From: an uncultured bacterium
GTDB taxonomy: Bacteria > JAJVIF01 > JAPKYR01
Assembly: GCA_965369865.1 (NCBI GenBank)
Contig: CBDURU010000001.1
Coordinates: 32,001 to 96,000 of the forward strand
Direction of reading: 5' to 3'
DNA length: 64,000 bases
Each line of letters opens with the position of its first letter. Positions within the stretch are counted from its first letter, which is position 1. The position numbers and the translations under genes are program-made. Shown one piece after another: positions 39,005 to 50,068 of the stretch. Under the pieces are notes generated by a model. That model searched no databases. It was not told the DNA's origin and was given only the letters and a program-made list of their open reading frames with translations.

Positions 39005-39075
39005 CTGGGGCGGATGGATTCGAACCATCGATACAGGCTCCAAAGGCCCGTGCCTTACCGCTTGGCGACGCCCCA
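39005..39075 (-). tRNA. tRNA-Gln(TTG)
   Basis: Minus strand TGGGGCGTCGCCAAGCGGTAAGGCACGGGCCTTTGGAGCCTGTATCGATGGTTCGAATCCATCCGCCCCAG folds as a cloverleaf with anticodon TTG; CCA not encoded. Confidence 0.95.
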
Positions 39076-39087
39076 CCGGACAAATAA

Positions 39088-39116
39088 AACGTAACAGCGC
39101 TTAATTCGGCTGTCAA
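39088..39116 (-). promoter_or_regulatory. Candidate sigma70 promoter of tRNA-Gln
   Basis: TTGACA-N17-TACGTT just upstream of the tRNA. Confidence 0.5.
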
Positions 39117-39213
39117 GAGGCTGTCATAATATTATCCGGAATTCTCATCCCCTGTAAGTGGAATCTTTGCAGTACTGATGCGAATTCCGGAAAATATCTA
39201 TTTTACTCCCTGC

Positions 39214-39242
39214 TTGACTCATATTGACTGCTTTAATATACT
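39214..39242 (+). promoter_or_regulatory. Sigma70-type promoter of the C13 peptidase gene
   Basis: TTGACT-N17-TATACT. Confidence 0.6.
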
Positions 39243-39356
39243 TTCCGGGTCTGCGTAGGAATTAAATCTGATTAACCCGGTAGGCATGTGCGCGATCTGT
39301 GTGAGCAGCACATTTTTACATCTTAAAATCTCAGTGAGCCGACAGGAGGCTAAATA

Positions 39357-40733
39357 ATGAAACATCTACATCGAGTATTTAGTGGGACACTAATCATTGG
39401 TATCATGCTTACAGTTTTTTTTATGATTCAAGGTTGCGGTGGCGGAGAGACAACAACTCCAACTCCCGATCCACCAACCGTGGCAAGCATCGCTGATTTA
39501 AAGGGAGCTTCCTGGCAGGATTATGTAGGCCTTGAGGTCGCAGTAACCGGGATTTTTGTGGTTGATCCTGTCCCGATGATCGTACAAAACATTGAAGACG
39601 TCATCATGAACACGGGTAAGCTTTACGAGGATTACTTATTATTGAGCGGTGACGAAATAGCCAAAATTGTCCCTGAGGACGTCGGCGGAGCAAAAATTAA
39701 GGTCACAGGTACTGTCATTGCTCGGGACCCCAAGGATGAAGATGATGACAAAGTGGAAGTACAGTTGAAAATATATGAAATTCAAGAAAGGCTCTATGTA
39801 TTATACCCGTATCACTGGCATCCTGAACTCTTCGAATTTGCTATTGAGGACAGGTATGCGGTCCTCTTCAGCGGCGGTATCAACGCCAACAGCAACTATT
39901 CACGCTATTGGAACGACCTGAAGTTCATGTACAGCACGCTGATAAATAACTGTAGTTTTGCCGCCGCTAATATTACGGTGCTCTACGCGAATGGTGTCGC
40001 TAAAGATACCGATATGCCGGTCGATGATTCGGCGACACAGGCCAATCTTGAGGCCGCGTTCGCTGACCTGGAAGAAATCTCAGGCTCGACTGACACTATT
40101 TTCTTCTTCGCTACCAACCACGGTGGTGGGTTCTATGAAGATGAAACCCATCCCCACTGGTACGGGGGGCGTAGAGACACCAACGGCGATGAAGGTGCCG
40201 AAAATATCTCCGAAGCCACGTGGGGGATTGATTTCGACAGCGACGGGTCCACGAACGATTTCGTGGCTTGGGACGAGGAACTGTTCTCATGGGGCGGAGA
40301 TATCTATGATGACTCGTTCACAGCGATGTTCAACGAAAACCTCAACTACGATACGTTGATAGTCGTGCTCGAACAGTGCTTCAGTGGCGGCCTTATCCTC
40401 GATATGGCACAGGGCCAGGGAGACATCATTGTGATGGCTGCCTCGGGACAGTATGAACCATCATGGGCGATGGCTCCCACTTACAGTTTCGATGAATTCT
40501 CATACGATGTCACTTCCGCACTCAACGGTGCGAACCACCTCGGCACAATTGTCAATGCTGACACGAACGGCGACAGTGAAGTCACGATGGATGAAGTGTT
40601 CAATTACGCCAGGTCTCACGACTCGGCTTCTGAAACACCTGAGTACGAAGACAGCGGCGATGGTGTAGCGACCTCGAACGCGCTGCCATCCGGAGCAGAT
40701 GGTGCGCTTGGCGCTACCGTATCGTTTGATTAG
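39357..40733 (+). CDS. Lipoprotein with a C13 (legumain-like, clan CD) cysteine peptidase domain
   Basis: IQGC lipobox; AVLFSGG, RYWND, TNHGG (His), EQCFSGG (Cys); D-x-N-G-D Ca-binding-like loops. Confidence 0.82.
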   Translation: MKHLHRVFSGTLIIGIMLTVFFMIQGCGGGETTTPTPDPPTVASIADLKGASWQDYVGLEVAVTGIFVVDPVPMIVQNIEDVIMNTGKLYEDYLLLSGDEIAKIVPEDVGGAKIKVTGTVIARDPKDEDDDKVEVQLKIYEIQERLYVLYPYHWHPELFEFAIEDRYAVLFSGGINANSNYSRYWNDLKFMYSTLINNCSFAAANITVLYANGVAKDTDMPVDDSATQANLEAAFADLEEISGSTDTIFFFATNHGGGFYEDETHPHWYGGRRDTNGDEGAENISEATWGIDFDSDGSTNDFVAWDEELFSWGGDIYDDSFTAMFNENLNYDTLIVVLEQCFSGGLILDMAQGQGDIIVMAASGQYEPSWAMAPTYSFDEFSYDVTSALNGANHLGTIVNADTNGDSEVTMDEVFNYARSHDSASETPEYEDSGDGVATSNALPSGADGALGATVSFD

Positions 40734-40766
40734 TATTGAGTCAGACTTAAATTTCTGAAACAACCG

Positions 40767-40793
40767 ACCCGGCATGCATGTGCCGGGTTTTTT
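40767..40793 (+). terminator. Intrinsic terminator
   Basis: ACCCGGCA-TGCATG-TGCCGGGT followed by a T run. Confidence 0.75.
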
Positions 40794-40816
40794 CATGTAA
40801 AAAAGCTTTGGTAAGG

Positions 40817-41287
40817 TTAAATTACCGATACGGTTATCAGGATCGTGCAATCAGGATTAGAAACACTTTCCTCTCCCGGAATTGATAGAAGGACCTTCCA
40901 GAAATTATCATCCCGGATTACATCGGGCCCAAAACTATCAACTGTCGTACCGGATGACTCGTTGATTGCCACATCGTTGACTGATAACAACCAGGGTGCC
41001 ATGCCCCAGTCATCGGCGGTTTGACCATCCTGAGGTCCATCCAGTATTAAAGCGTCAAACTGCAGTACCCGATTGCTGTTAAGATCGTAGTTAACGTCCC
41101 CAATATCCTGGACAATATCGAAATCATCAAATTCATTCCACATTAAGTTTATGGCTGCACCGTTATTAACCTCAGACCTGATTATGGTTTCGATGGTAAT
41201 TTTAACATCGACACCCTGAGTCGCATCCGCTACTGCAGGTGCGGCATGAAGAAGGAAAAGGGCGATAAAAATGAGCAATTTCCGCAT
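40817..41287 (-). CDS. Secreted hypothetical beta-rich protein
   Basis: MRKLLIF...AVA signal peptide; AGAGG RBS before ATG 41287. Confidence 0.6.
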   Translation of the reverse strand: MRKLLIFIALFLLHAAPAVADATQGVDVKITIETIIRSEVNNGAAINLMWNEFDDFDIVQDIGDVNYDLNSNRVLQFDALILDGPQDGQTADDWGMAPWLLSVNDVAINESSGTTVDSFGPDVIRDDNFWKVLLSIPGEESVSNPDCTILITVSVI

Positions 41288-41353
41288 GTTTACCTCTGTC
41301 TGTTGAGATGCAGCTTCATACCGGTTTCGTAGCTTCAAACCACAACCTTCCAA

Positions 41354-42124
41354 CTACGCATGACCCATTATTTCCCTGGCCATTGTTAAATCTTCCGGTT
41401 TGTCCACATCGAACCCGACCTCCGGGTACGGTGTGATTATGCTCCTCATCGTGGCGCCGAGAATCTGGGTTGCTTTATCCTCCAGACCTTTAATGTTTAA
41501 CTGCCTCAGTGCGAATTTGACTATGAACGGCAGCCCGAACAGCCGCACAAGCTTCGCCGGCGACTTGCGATCCCGTATAACAGCCTCGATTTTATCACGG
41601 TTCCTGAGGACCTGCTCCGGTTCAAATACAAAAACATTTCCACCCGTATATGTGCCCTCTTTCAATTTTTGTGTCGTACGTTTTCCGCCGGGAAATTTCC
41701 TGTCGAATTCCTTAACATCAATTATCGGGTAATAAACCTGGGCATCGATTTTGTCAACTTCACCCGCAATAAACCTGAATGCCTCCGGGGTTATAAACGG
41801 GATATCGCACGTGGTTGTCAGCACCCGCGGATGGCTTCTGAAGTGCTCGAGACCGGCCATGAAATTTTCGAGCATACTGTTTTTGTCCTGGAGGACCTCG
41901 TGTTCGCCCAGCCCGAACGTGGAACGCATGCGGTCTACATTTCCAATGCAGTAGATTTCATCAAAAACATCGCATTTACGGATCGCGTCGAGTACCCATG
42001 AAAGCATCGGACGTCCGCCTATATCGATAAACGCGCGTTCCTTTTCCGGTTCCCCCGCATCCAGAATTTTATCGGGTGTGGAACCTCCCGCCAGAATCAC
42101 TACCGGATATTTTTTACCAGTCAT
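41354..42124 (-). CDS. MobA-like nucleotidyltransferase (NTP_transf_3)
   Basis: VILAGG, GRPML, TCDIP, TGGN, GFDVDKPED. Confidence 0.85.
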   Translation of the reverse strand: MTGKKYPVVILAGGSTPDKILDAGEPEKERAFIDIGGRPMLSWVLDAIRKCDVFDEIYCIGNVDRMRSTFGLGEHEVLQDKNSMLENFMAGLEHFRSHPRVLTTTCDIPFITPEAFRFIAGEVDKIDAQVYYPIIDVKEFDRKFPGGKRTTQKLKEGTYTGGNVFVFEPEQVLRNRDKIEAVIRDRKSPAKLVRLFGLPFIVKFALRQLNIKGLEDKATQILGATMRSIITPYPEVGFDVDKPEDLTMAREIMGHA

Positions 42125-42233
42125 TGTGCGCCCTCATCTCCAGGATTTTCATCAATTTTGATTCTACCGCTATTTAGGAAAAATTGGAATATAAATATTC
42201 AATGGATGTGTTTGGTACCAGCTAAATTTCCCC

Positions 42234-44807
42234 CTACGGCGCATATCGCGCGATGAAGATATCTCTACTTCCGTTCGAATTCATGTTGGTCTCGTATGGT
42301 TCACCCTGACCAAATGTAGCTGACTCTTGAAATTCCCCAGTCAGAACTGTTGAATCATCTGTTAGCACGGTGATGCCATTTGGCTTATCATAATCAGGTC
42401 CTCCAGCTTGCTTCACCCATGCCAGACTGCCGTCAGGATCAAACCTTGCGATAAAAATTTCAGTTATCCCTGTAAAATTCAGTATAGTCTCATTCAACTC
42501 ACCAATACCAAATGTGGCATTTTTGGAAATAACTCCTGTAACAACGGTAGAATTATCAGAAAGCGTTATGATGCTGCGACCCTCGTCCATTGAAGAACCA
42601 CCGGCTTGCTTGACCCATACCAGGCTACCGTCAGGATTGTATCGCGCGATGAAGATATCAGGAAAACCTCCTGAATCCAGAACGGTCTCATTTGGTTCAC
42701 CAAGACCAAATGTCGCTGATTGACTGAACTCTCCAGTAACAACGATTGAATCATCAGAATATGTAGCGATGCCGTAACCGCCATCAAAATGAGCTGCTCC
42801 ACCGGCCTGCTTTACCCATACCAGGCTACCGTCAGGACTATATCGTGAGATGAAAATATCATTCCCTCCTGCCGATTCAAGTACAATCTCGTTTGGCTCA
42901 CCCTGACCAAATGTGGCTGAAGCCTCGAAGTATCCGGTGATGACTGTTGAATCGTCAGAAAGGGTAGTAATTGCTTTGCAAACATCCCAATCAGTACCAC
43001 CGACTTGCTTCGCCCATGCCAGGGTGCCATCGGCATTGTACTTTGCAATGAACATATCGACTCCTCCTGCTGAATTCAGTGTGGTTTCGTTAGGTTCACC
43101 CTGGCCAAATGTGGCTGAAACACCAAGAGGATAGCCGAAGTATCCACTCACAACAGCTGAACTATCTGACTGCGTTGATATACAATAACCAATGTCCCCA
43201 TTCGAACCGCCAGCTTGTTTCGCCCATGCCAGACTCCCGTCAGGATCGTACCGCGCGATGAAGATATCATTACCTCCTGCCGAATTTAGAACGATCTCGT
43301 TTGGTTCACCCTGACCAAAAGTGGCTGAATCACTGAATCTACCACACACTACGGATGTATCATCAGAAAAAGAATCGATGCCATTGCCTCTATCCCAATC
43401 AATGCCACCGATTTGTTTCACCCATACTAGATTTCCGTCAGGATTATACCGTGCAATGAAAACATCAGAGTCTCCAGCCGAAATCAGAACGGTCTCGTTT
43501 GGTTCACCCTGACCGAATGTGGCTGAATCAAGGAACCGTCCGGTCACGATAATTGAATTATCAGCAAGCGTAGTGATACTGTTGCCGTAATCCGATGAAG
43601 AGCCTCCGGCATGTTTTGCCCAGATAATATCCCCGTCAGTGTTATCAACAACCTCCAGATTGTAAGTCTGGTATGCCCTCAGATCGAGCCACGGGGCTTC
43701 ATATGGATTATTTTCTATCGCTTCGACTCCAATCAGGCAAATGTAATTCCCAACCGACGTATGGTTATAGTTCGATACAGTTTTCTCAAAACGAGTGTAA
43801 TCAGCTTCATTGCTGACCCAGGTTCCTGTGAGTACACCATCAAATAGCTCAGGGCACTCAATCAACGGAGCGTGATGTGTCAATTTCCCCTGCCAGTCAT
43901 AGACGTCAATTAGGAGCCTGGTTAATCCTCCGGTAGTTCTAAGACCATAACCAATCTTCTGTTCAGTCACAACGACTTTCCATGGTTCAGGACAATTCGC
44001 ATCGATATCAAAATCAGTCAGCGGATCATCAACCGGCGTTTCTATCGGCGGCCACCAGTTCGCGTCGACCGCGTAGCCGATCACAAAAGACCCGGCTGGA
44101 AGTTGCAGCGAAAATGTCTGCACATCCCATGATCCGGCGTAAAACGCGTTACGATTATTCAGTGGATCGTCGGTTATGAAATATTTGTATCCATTGATGT
44201 CAGAATCCGGGACCATCCACGTTGCCAGTTTTCCCTGGAAATATTTTTGTAAATCTCCAACAGGTGCCGTTATGGTTGATCCGTTATATAAGGCAGTGTA
44301 ACCGTCAGGATTGAGAACCGCGCCATCGCCGAGAGCCGGATCGGATATCGACTTCCCCGCGACTGGAAATTCATGGCTTCCATTAAACATCATTATGCCG
44401 CGAACATCGAAGACCGAGTATAACAGGTCATCGAGCGGATGATCGATCTGAATATCGATATTCAGCTTGTCAGGTTCGGGGAAATCGAAACCTACAACTC
44501 TGAAGCAATCATCACAAGGGGCAATTTCAAGTAACTTCAGAATATTGAGGTGAATTTCTCCCTGACGTACCGGGACTACCTCAAACTGTGGACCGTCCGG
44601 ATGGTTCGGGTCGACGAAAATGTAACCGTAATTCATGAGGTAATGACCGGTGCCATCAGAATTTGCGTCCAATTCTTCTCTGACTGTCAATTCTGGAGAG
44701 GGGACAGAATCATCCGGAGAAACTGGTTGAGTCGAATTCCCGGAGCAGCCGCATAAAATCATCCCTGCGACCGCTATTAAAAATAAGCTGCGGATTGAAG
44801 GAATCAT
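42234..44807 (-). CDS. Lipoprotein with a conserved N-terminal domain and SBBP-like beta-propeller repeats
   Basis: LCGC lipobox; seven repeats as in 21278; N-domain homologous to that of 55557-58064. Confidence 0.82.
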   Translation of the reverse strand: MIPSIRSLFLIAVAGMILCGCSGNSTQPVSPDDSVPSPELTVREELDANSDGTGHYLMNYGYIFVDPNHPDGPQFEVVPVRQGEIHLNILKLLEIAPCDDCFRVVGFDFPEPDKLNIDIQIDHPLDDLLYSVFDVRGIMMFNGSHEFPVAGKSISDPALGDGAVLNPDGYTALYNGSTITAPVGDLQKYFQGKLATWMVPDSDINGYKYFITDDPLNNRNAFYAGSWDVQTFSLQLPAGSFVIGYAVDANWWPPIETPVDDPLTDFDIDANCPEPWKVVVTEQKIGYGLRTTGGLTRLLIDVYDWQGKLTHHAPLIECPELFDGVLTGTWVSNEADYTRFEKTVSNYNHTSVGNYICLIGVEAIENNPYEAPWLDLRAYQTYNLEVVDNTDGDIIWAKHAGGSSSDYGNSITTLADNSIIVTGRFLDSATFGQGEPNETVLISAGDSDVFIARYNPDGNLVWVKQIGGIDWDRGNGIDSFSDDTSVVCGRFSDSATFGQGEPNEIVLNSAGGNDIFIARYDPDGSLAWAKQAGGSNGDIGYCISTQSDSSAVVSGYFGYPLGVSATFGQGEPNETTLNSAGGVDMFIAKYNADGTLAWAKQVGGTDWDVCKAITTLSDDSTVITGYFEASATFGQGEPNEIVLESAGGNDIFISRYSPDGSLVWVKQAGGAAHFDGGYGIATYSDDSIVVTGEFSQSATFGLGEPNETVLDSGGFPDIFIARYNPDGSLVWVKQAGGSSMDEGRSIITLSDNSTVVTGVISKNATFGIGELNETILNFTGITEIFIARFDPDGSLAWVKQAGGPDYDKPNGITVLTDDSTVLTGEFQESATFGQGEPYETNMNSNGSRDIFIARYAP

Positions 44808-44930
44808 TTGTAAAACCTCCTATGCTATCCACGTTAATATAAGAGTATTATACCATTAACGAACTTATTTTCCTTAAATATTATATCTGTTAGACCTGTT
44901 CGGGATTGCCAATCAAGGACTGGATTAACC

Positions 44931-45851
44931 CTACCCTATCCTCATTCCCTGCCCGACGGGCCTTGCCAGAACCACACTTTCACCGGCTATGGGACTATAG
45001 CTGTCGCGTGCTTTAAACGCATCCGTCATGGATGGGTACCATGCAAAAAAAGTGGAACCGGAACCCGACATCAGTGCATGCCCCGCGTGATTTCTCAGGT
45101 TTTCATGTATAGCCTTAAGTTCGGGATGGTAATTGATAACAGGATTTTCAAAATCATTATGAAACAGGTAAGAGAAATCGCCATATCCTATTCCTGTCAG
45201 CCAGCTTTCAAGAACTGAAAGATGCTCAATCCAAAGGCTGTCCCACTTTCGAACTTCCGTTTCACGCGCTGAGTCGATAGCGTCATAGGCCGGTCCGGTT
45301 TCAACCTTTACCGGCGGCAATACAAGCAGAAACGCACCCTCAGGGAATTTCCGATCCAGGCCTTCAGGCAATGGCTCCAGGATCTCACCCTTTCCACGGA
45401 CCAGGACAGTCCCACCCTGCAGGCAAAATGGTATGTCGCTCCCGATTTCCGCAGCTAATTTGAATAATAATTCGGATGGTTTTTCCGGACACCAGAGCTT
45501 CCGAAGGGCAATCAATGTTGCCGCTGCATTTGAACTTCCACCTGCCAGACCACCCATCGGAGGTATATTCTTAACAATATGGATTTTCAGCCCGTAATCT
45601 GTCAGGTTAATTGATTTCGCGAGTATTTCCGCCGCTTTCCAGACAAGGTTCCTGTCATCGGTCGGGATTTCAGGATCGTTACAGGTTATCCGGATACCGC
45701 AATTGCCGTTACGCGTTTCATCAAAAGTAAGCGTGTCAGCGAGGTCTATGGACTGCATAATACTGATGATGTCGTGGAATCCATCGGGACGTTTACCGTA
45801 GACCTTGAGAAAAAGGTTCAGTTTCGCGTAGGATTTAACGGATAGAATCAT
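44931..45851 (-). CDS. ispE: 4-diphosphocytidyl-2-C-methyl-D-erythritol kinase
   Basis: AKLNLFL, DGFH, KNIPPMGGLAGGSSNAA, IGSDIPF, MSGSGST. Confidence 0.96.
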   Translation of the reverse strand: MILSVKSYAKLNLFLKVYGKRPDGFHDIISIMQSIDLADTLTFDETRNGNCGIRITCNDPEIPTDDRNLVWKAAEILAKSINLTDYGLKIHIVKNIPPMGGLAGGSSNAAATLIALRKLWCPEKPSELLFKLAAEIGSDIPFCLQGGTVLVRGKGEILEPLPEGLDRKFPEGAFLLVLPPVKVETGPAYDAIDSARETEVRKWDSLWIEHLSVLESWLTGIGYGDFSYLFHNDFENPVINYHPELKAIHENLRNHAGHALMSGSGSTFFAWYPSMTDAFKARDSYSPIAGESVVLARPVGQGMRIG

Positions 45852-46041
45852 TGATCTACGGCCTCACTCAATGGATTCGATTCAAAAAACTCCTGTTCAG
45901 GATTGGCACTGAAGCTCTGTCATGGATATACTTACAGGAAAATTAATCGGGAACACCCGGGCATTATTTTAACATTATATGTTTTGGATTCAATTCATGC
46001 AATTAAACCAGTACAGGCCAAACGGATAATTAAACTCAATC

Positions 46042-49000
46042 GTGGATGAATTTCTGATTGAAAAATTTAAATTCGACCCACTTGTCGCGGATTTTATCGC
46101 CAATCCTGAAACGCTGCATCTCTGGACATCCGTCGGCCTTATCGCGCTCATTCTCGGGGTCGCATACCTCATAAGGATCGATCTGGATCCGCTGATTTTT
46201 GGACGCCGCCAGAGCTTCAGTTCCCTGATAGAACGACTCGCATTTTACCCGATTATTATCGGTCTGCTGATTTGGGTCTACTCTGGATCCTGGAATTGGC
46301 CCAGCCCGGTTCCCGACGGGTTGTTCCTTAACAAGTTCACGCTTGGAATTGGCGCCATTCTGGTCCTTATCCTTGGACGCGCGATAGTCCACTTCATATT
46401 GACCGAGAAAAATCGCTGGGATTTCTTCGACCAGCTACCCTTCTACCTGATGGTCGAATTTCAGTTTGCCGTTCCACTTGTCTATTATTACATGCTGGAA
46501 CGCAACGGCCTGATGCCCAAGGAGCAGCTCGGGTTTGCCTTCGCGTGTGTTTTTATCGCCTGCTTGATTATCAGCTGGCTCCTCGGTAGAAAAGTACATT
46601 TTCCAAGAAGCCCTGTCTCGAAATGGCTTTTGTTATTTATCGCTTACATGCTGTTGACGGTAATTTTTATGCCGTACCGTCTCGGGGCCGTGAAAAATAT
46701 CATTCAATGGGTCGCGTTCGCATCCTGTTTCCTTGTGGGATTTGCCTACATCCCCGACAAACGCAGGCGGGATGTTATCCTTCTCACCGCGGTAATCGCG
46801 GCCCTTGTGTCGACACTATGGGGATTCTGGAAATACTTCGATGTTCCACTGAACATATTCGGTATGATCAACGATTACTACCCGGATGGCCATGACCTCG
46901 CCGGGCTGCCTTTTTACTTCAAAACCCCCAGCGCAGGACGGTATTTTCTTCTGGCAGGATTTTTCGCGAACCCGAACTACTATGGCGAATACGTTGCCCT
47001 GACCCTTTTCATCGGACTTGGACTCCTCCTTAAAACCGATTCTCCTAAATTACGGACATTTTTATCCATCGTTCTGGCGATCAACGCTTTCGAGTTGGTC
47101 GCGCTGTACAACCGTGCCGGCTGGTTCGGGGTTTTCGTCGGCGCCGGTTTTGTCCTGATCTTGCTACTCTGGACCAGGATTCCAATATTCAAACGGGTTT
47201 CAAAAATCGGTTTGATAGCCGGGCTGATCACACTGGTCGTTGTATTGCTGCTCACCAGTACAGTGTTTAATAAAAGAGAAGCCGACTCCGAAACGCCGCT
47301 CGCCGCCACGCCTCTGGAACGTCTTAAAAGCATGACGGATTTCGAGGGCGATGAAACGTTCCGCAACCGCCAGACCATGTGGCGTGCGTCCATAATGATG
47401 GTGACGGATGAGGAGCATGTCCCGGAACGGCTAACTTTCGGAGGTGGGTTCGGATTCTTCGAGATCGAATACCTGATCTACCAGACAAAGGTCCTTGAGA
47501 CATACAATTTCGAGGAATGGTTCCATAACGTTATACCTACCTTCCGTGCACATAACGACCACCTGCAGATGCTTGTCGAAGCCGGGATTATCGGGACGTT
47601 TTTCTATGCGATGTTTTTCATCTCATTTTTCGTAATGGGATTCAGATTTTTAAAGGAGGAGGAGGACCCGGCAAGGAAATTTTACGCGCTGGGAATAATG
47701 GGTGCGACGATGTGCCTCCTAGCGATAGCGTGTTTCTCATTCCCCCTTCATAAAATTCAGCACGGGGGGCTGATTCTCACAGCTATGGGACTGCTAGTTG
47801 CCGAAATCGTCGAAAGGAATCAATTAAGGAAGCAGCGGTCAATAGACGAAGAAGCAAATGGCAACCAGAACAAGGAACAAGACACAGCGGCAAAACGAAA
47901 GAAGAAAAAGAAAAAGCAGAAGGAATCCACACCACTGAGAGCCGTCACGAGAGTGCCTGTTGAGAGCAAACAGAGATTTTCAGTTGAGTTTTATAATACA
48001 GTTCAAAAGAAAATTAAACCCGAACTCGCATTCCCGGTAATAATAATTGTCCTGCTTCTTTGTATCTGGGGTGTCTACACCCAGGTCATCAATTTCAAGA
48101 GCCATTACTTTGTAGTGAAGGGAATAGCGGAACTCAGGAAAGTAGAGTATGCACAAACCCCGGAACAGAAACAGACCCAGGCACAGGTTGCGGCTAACTA
48201 CTTCTGGCGGGCATATAAACTCGATCCCACCAACGGCAGGGCTGAATTTTTCCACGGTTTCTCTCTCATTAAGAAAAACCTCTACCAGGATGTTGTCGCC
48301 GGTACGGCACATATTGAGGAGGGGCAGGAGCTTTATCCCCAGTCGGATACATTCTACGCACTCGCCATGGGCTACGAAGCCCGCTACAAACTTGCCAACG
48401 AACAAATTCAAATGAGGCTTGCACGGATTGAATCGTTAAATACGGATTTCGAAAACGAAACGGATACCCAGGCACTCAGGAATATTCAGGCGAATATCGA
48501 AGAACTGAACGATGATATCCGGACACTTGAGGACGACGCCAGAATGAGCCATGGGATGGCGATTGACTCCTATATGACCGCGGCACGCTATTACCCGGTC
48601 AAAATTGAATATTACAAGGAATTAATAAGGCTGCTTGAGGATGAGGGCCGTTGGGAGGAAATCGTTTTCTGGTCGGAGCGCGCGCTGATTGTGGATGAGT
48701 GGTTACTGAAAAAACCCCAAATCCGGTGGAGATTCTACCTCTGGCTGGGACGGGCTTTTAAAATCCTTGGGGCGGCCGAACTGCAACTTGGTAATATCGA
48801 AGAAGGTTTCAAGTACTGGCAGGATGCCGAAAAAATCCTGCTTGAGGGCCTGGAGATATCCAACGCGGTTTATTTCACCTACTATGAACTCGCCCAGGTT
48901 TACGAGGCCTTAGGTGATTATTTCGCCGATACCGGCAATTCTACAAGGGCTATGTCGTTCTACGAAAAAGCCCGCGATATGTACATCCAGACTTTTAATA

Positions 49001-49221
49001 AAAAAGACAATGTTCAGCAGGGTGATGCTCCGTTTAATTACTCCTACTTCCTGCTCGGCCGTATTTACGAGAAACTTGGGAACATTGACAGGGCGGTTCA
49101 CTACTACAATTTAGTGTTGACCGAGGCCCTTTATAGTTCGAGAACCGAAACGTATCAGAGAGCACGGGGTAAAATTCAGGAACTTACCGGCGAGTGGGTG
49201 GGGGAACCACCACCAGGTTGA
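46042..49221 (+). CDS. O-antigen ligase / O-oligosaccharyltransferase-like membrane protein with C-terminal TPRs
   Basis: Many TM helices; FANPN, NRAGW, R...W, GGGFG, AHNDHLQ; TPR-like helices. Confidence 0.85.
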   Translation: MDEFLIEKFKFDPLVADFIANPETLHLWTSVGLIALILGVAYLIRIDLDPLIFGRRQSFSSLIERLAFYPIIIGLLIWVYSGSWNWPSPVPDGLFLNKFTLGIGAILVLILGRAIVHFILTEKNRWDFFDQLPFYLMVEFQFAVPLVYYYMLERNGLMPKEQLGFAFACVFIACLIISWLLGRKVHFPRSPVSKWLLLFIAYMLLTVIFMPYRLGAVKNIIQWVAFASCFLVGFAYIPDKRRRDVILLTAVIAALVSTLWGFWKYFDVPLNIFGMINDYYPDGHDLAGLPFYFKTPSAGRYFLLAGFFANPNYYGEYVALTLFIGLGLLLKTDSPKLRTFLSIVLAINAFELVALYNRAGWFGVFVGAGFVLILLLWTRIPIFKRVSKIGLIAGLITLVVVLLLTSTVFNKREADSETPLAATPLERLKSMTDFEGDETFRNRQTMWRASIMMVTDEEHVPERLTFGGGFGFFEIEYLIYQTKVLETYNFEEWFHNVIPTFRAHNDHLQMLVEAGIIGTFFYAMFFISFFVMGFRFLKEEEDPARKFYALGIMGATMCLLAIACFSFPLHKIQHGGLILTAMGLLVAEIVERNQLRKQRSIDEEANGNQNKEQDTAAKRKKKKKKQKESTPLRAVTRVPVESKQRFSVEFYNTVQKKIKPELAFPVIIIVLLLCIWGVYTQVINFKSHYFVVKGIAELRKVEYAQTPEQKQTQAQVAANYFWRAYKLDPTNGRAEFFHGFSLIKKNLYQDVVAGTAHIEEGQELYPQSDTFYALAMGYEARYKLANEQIQMRLARIESLNTDFENETDTQALRNIQANIEELNDDIRTLEDDARMSHGMAIDSYMTAARYYPVKIEYYKELIRLLEDEGRWEEIVFWSERALIVDEWLLKKPQIRWRFYLWLGRAFKILGAAELQLGNIEEGFKYWQDAEKILLEGLEISNAVYFTYYELAQVYEALGDYFADTGNSTRAMSFYEKARDMYIQTFNKKDNVQQGDAPFNYSYFLLGRIYEKLGNIDRAVHYYNLVLTEALYSSRTETYQRARGKIQELTGEWVGEPPPG

Positions 49222-49340
49222 TGAACTTCCTGGATTAAATCCGAATCGTATGTTTCGGGATATTTACCAATGGAGTTTCCTTTTTAGACCGTGGTGCTAT
49301 GCTATACTATAATACAATTCTCAACGTGAGGTGATTACCA

Positions 49341-50036
49341 ATGACCCGTATTCCGGTGTTTCTAACAATAATTGTTGTAATCATGATGTTGAATGTCACG
49401 GCGAGCGCCGATGAGCTTACCGCTATCGATATATTCGATGGGATGATCTACTACGAAAGCGATCAGCTTACTACAACCCCATCGATCAGGGATTATGAGT
49501 GCATGATTACCGCGACCTCTGTTCGCGCAGGTGGCAGGACACAGGAAATTGTTGAGAAGTCGCTTTATTTCATGGTGCCCGCTTTCCAGCTACAACTTTT
49601 TGAGGACAAACCGGTTTTTTATTTCGATCATAACCTTCTGATTGTCCTCCTCGAAAGCCATGAACTCACCAGGCAGCGAGACGAGATCATTGAAGATGTG
49701 CCTTGTTACTCGATACGTTTAACTCCGCTGGACCCTGCATTTGCACACTATTATAAAACTTATTATGTAGCCCAGGACGATTTCCGTCACATCAGGACAG
49801 TTGTTAAAGAATCAGATTACCGGTACGACAACCTCTCAACAGAGATCAATTACACGTATGAAACTGTCGGGATTTTTAACCTCCTGAGCCAGACAGTCGC
49901 TGAAATCAATGATGAAAACGACAACCTACTGGCTACCGTAACAACCGATTACACCGATTATGAATTTGGAATCGGGCTGGACATAGACTTTTTCACCAAT
50001 TATCTCGAGGGTACCGATCCCACTATACCCCATTAA
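49341..50036 (+). CDS. Secreted protein, possibly LolA-like fold
   Basis: Signal peptide (ASA); DEIIEDVPCYSIRLTP and YTDYEFGIGLD..FF patterns. Confidence 0.5.
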   Translation: MTRIPVFLTIIVVIMMLNVTASADELTAIDIFDGMIYYESDQLTTTPSIRDYECMITATSVRAGGRTQEIVEKSLYFMVPAFQLQLFEDKPVFYFDHNLLIVLLESHELTRQRDEIIEDVPCYSIRLTPLDPAFAHYYKTYYVAQDDFRHIRTVVKESDYRYDNLSTEINYTYETVGIFNLLSQTVAEINDENDNLLATVTTDYTDYEFGIGLDIDFFTNYLEGTDPTIPH

Positions 50037-50068
50037 TTAACATCCGCCGGACCGTTTGCATTCAACTC

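Noticed and set aside
30324..39005. Genomic island integrated at tRNA-Gln
   Set aside because: I found no integrase and no duplicated tRNA 3' end.
38628..39104. Intact 158-aa CDS
   Set aside because: It reads through the antisense tRNA; only the first part is transposase-like.
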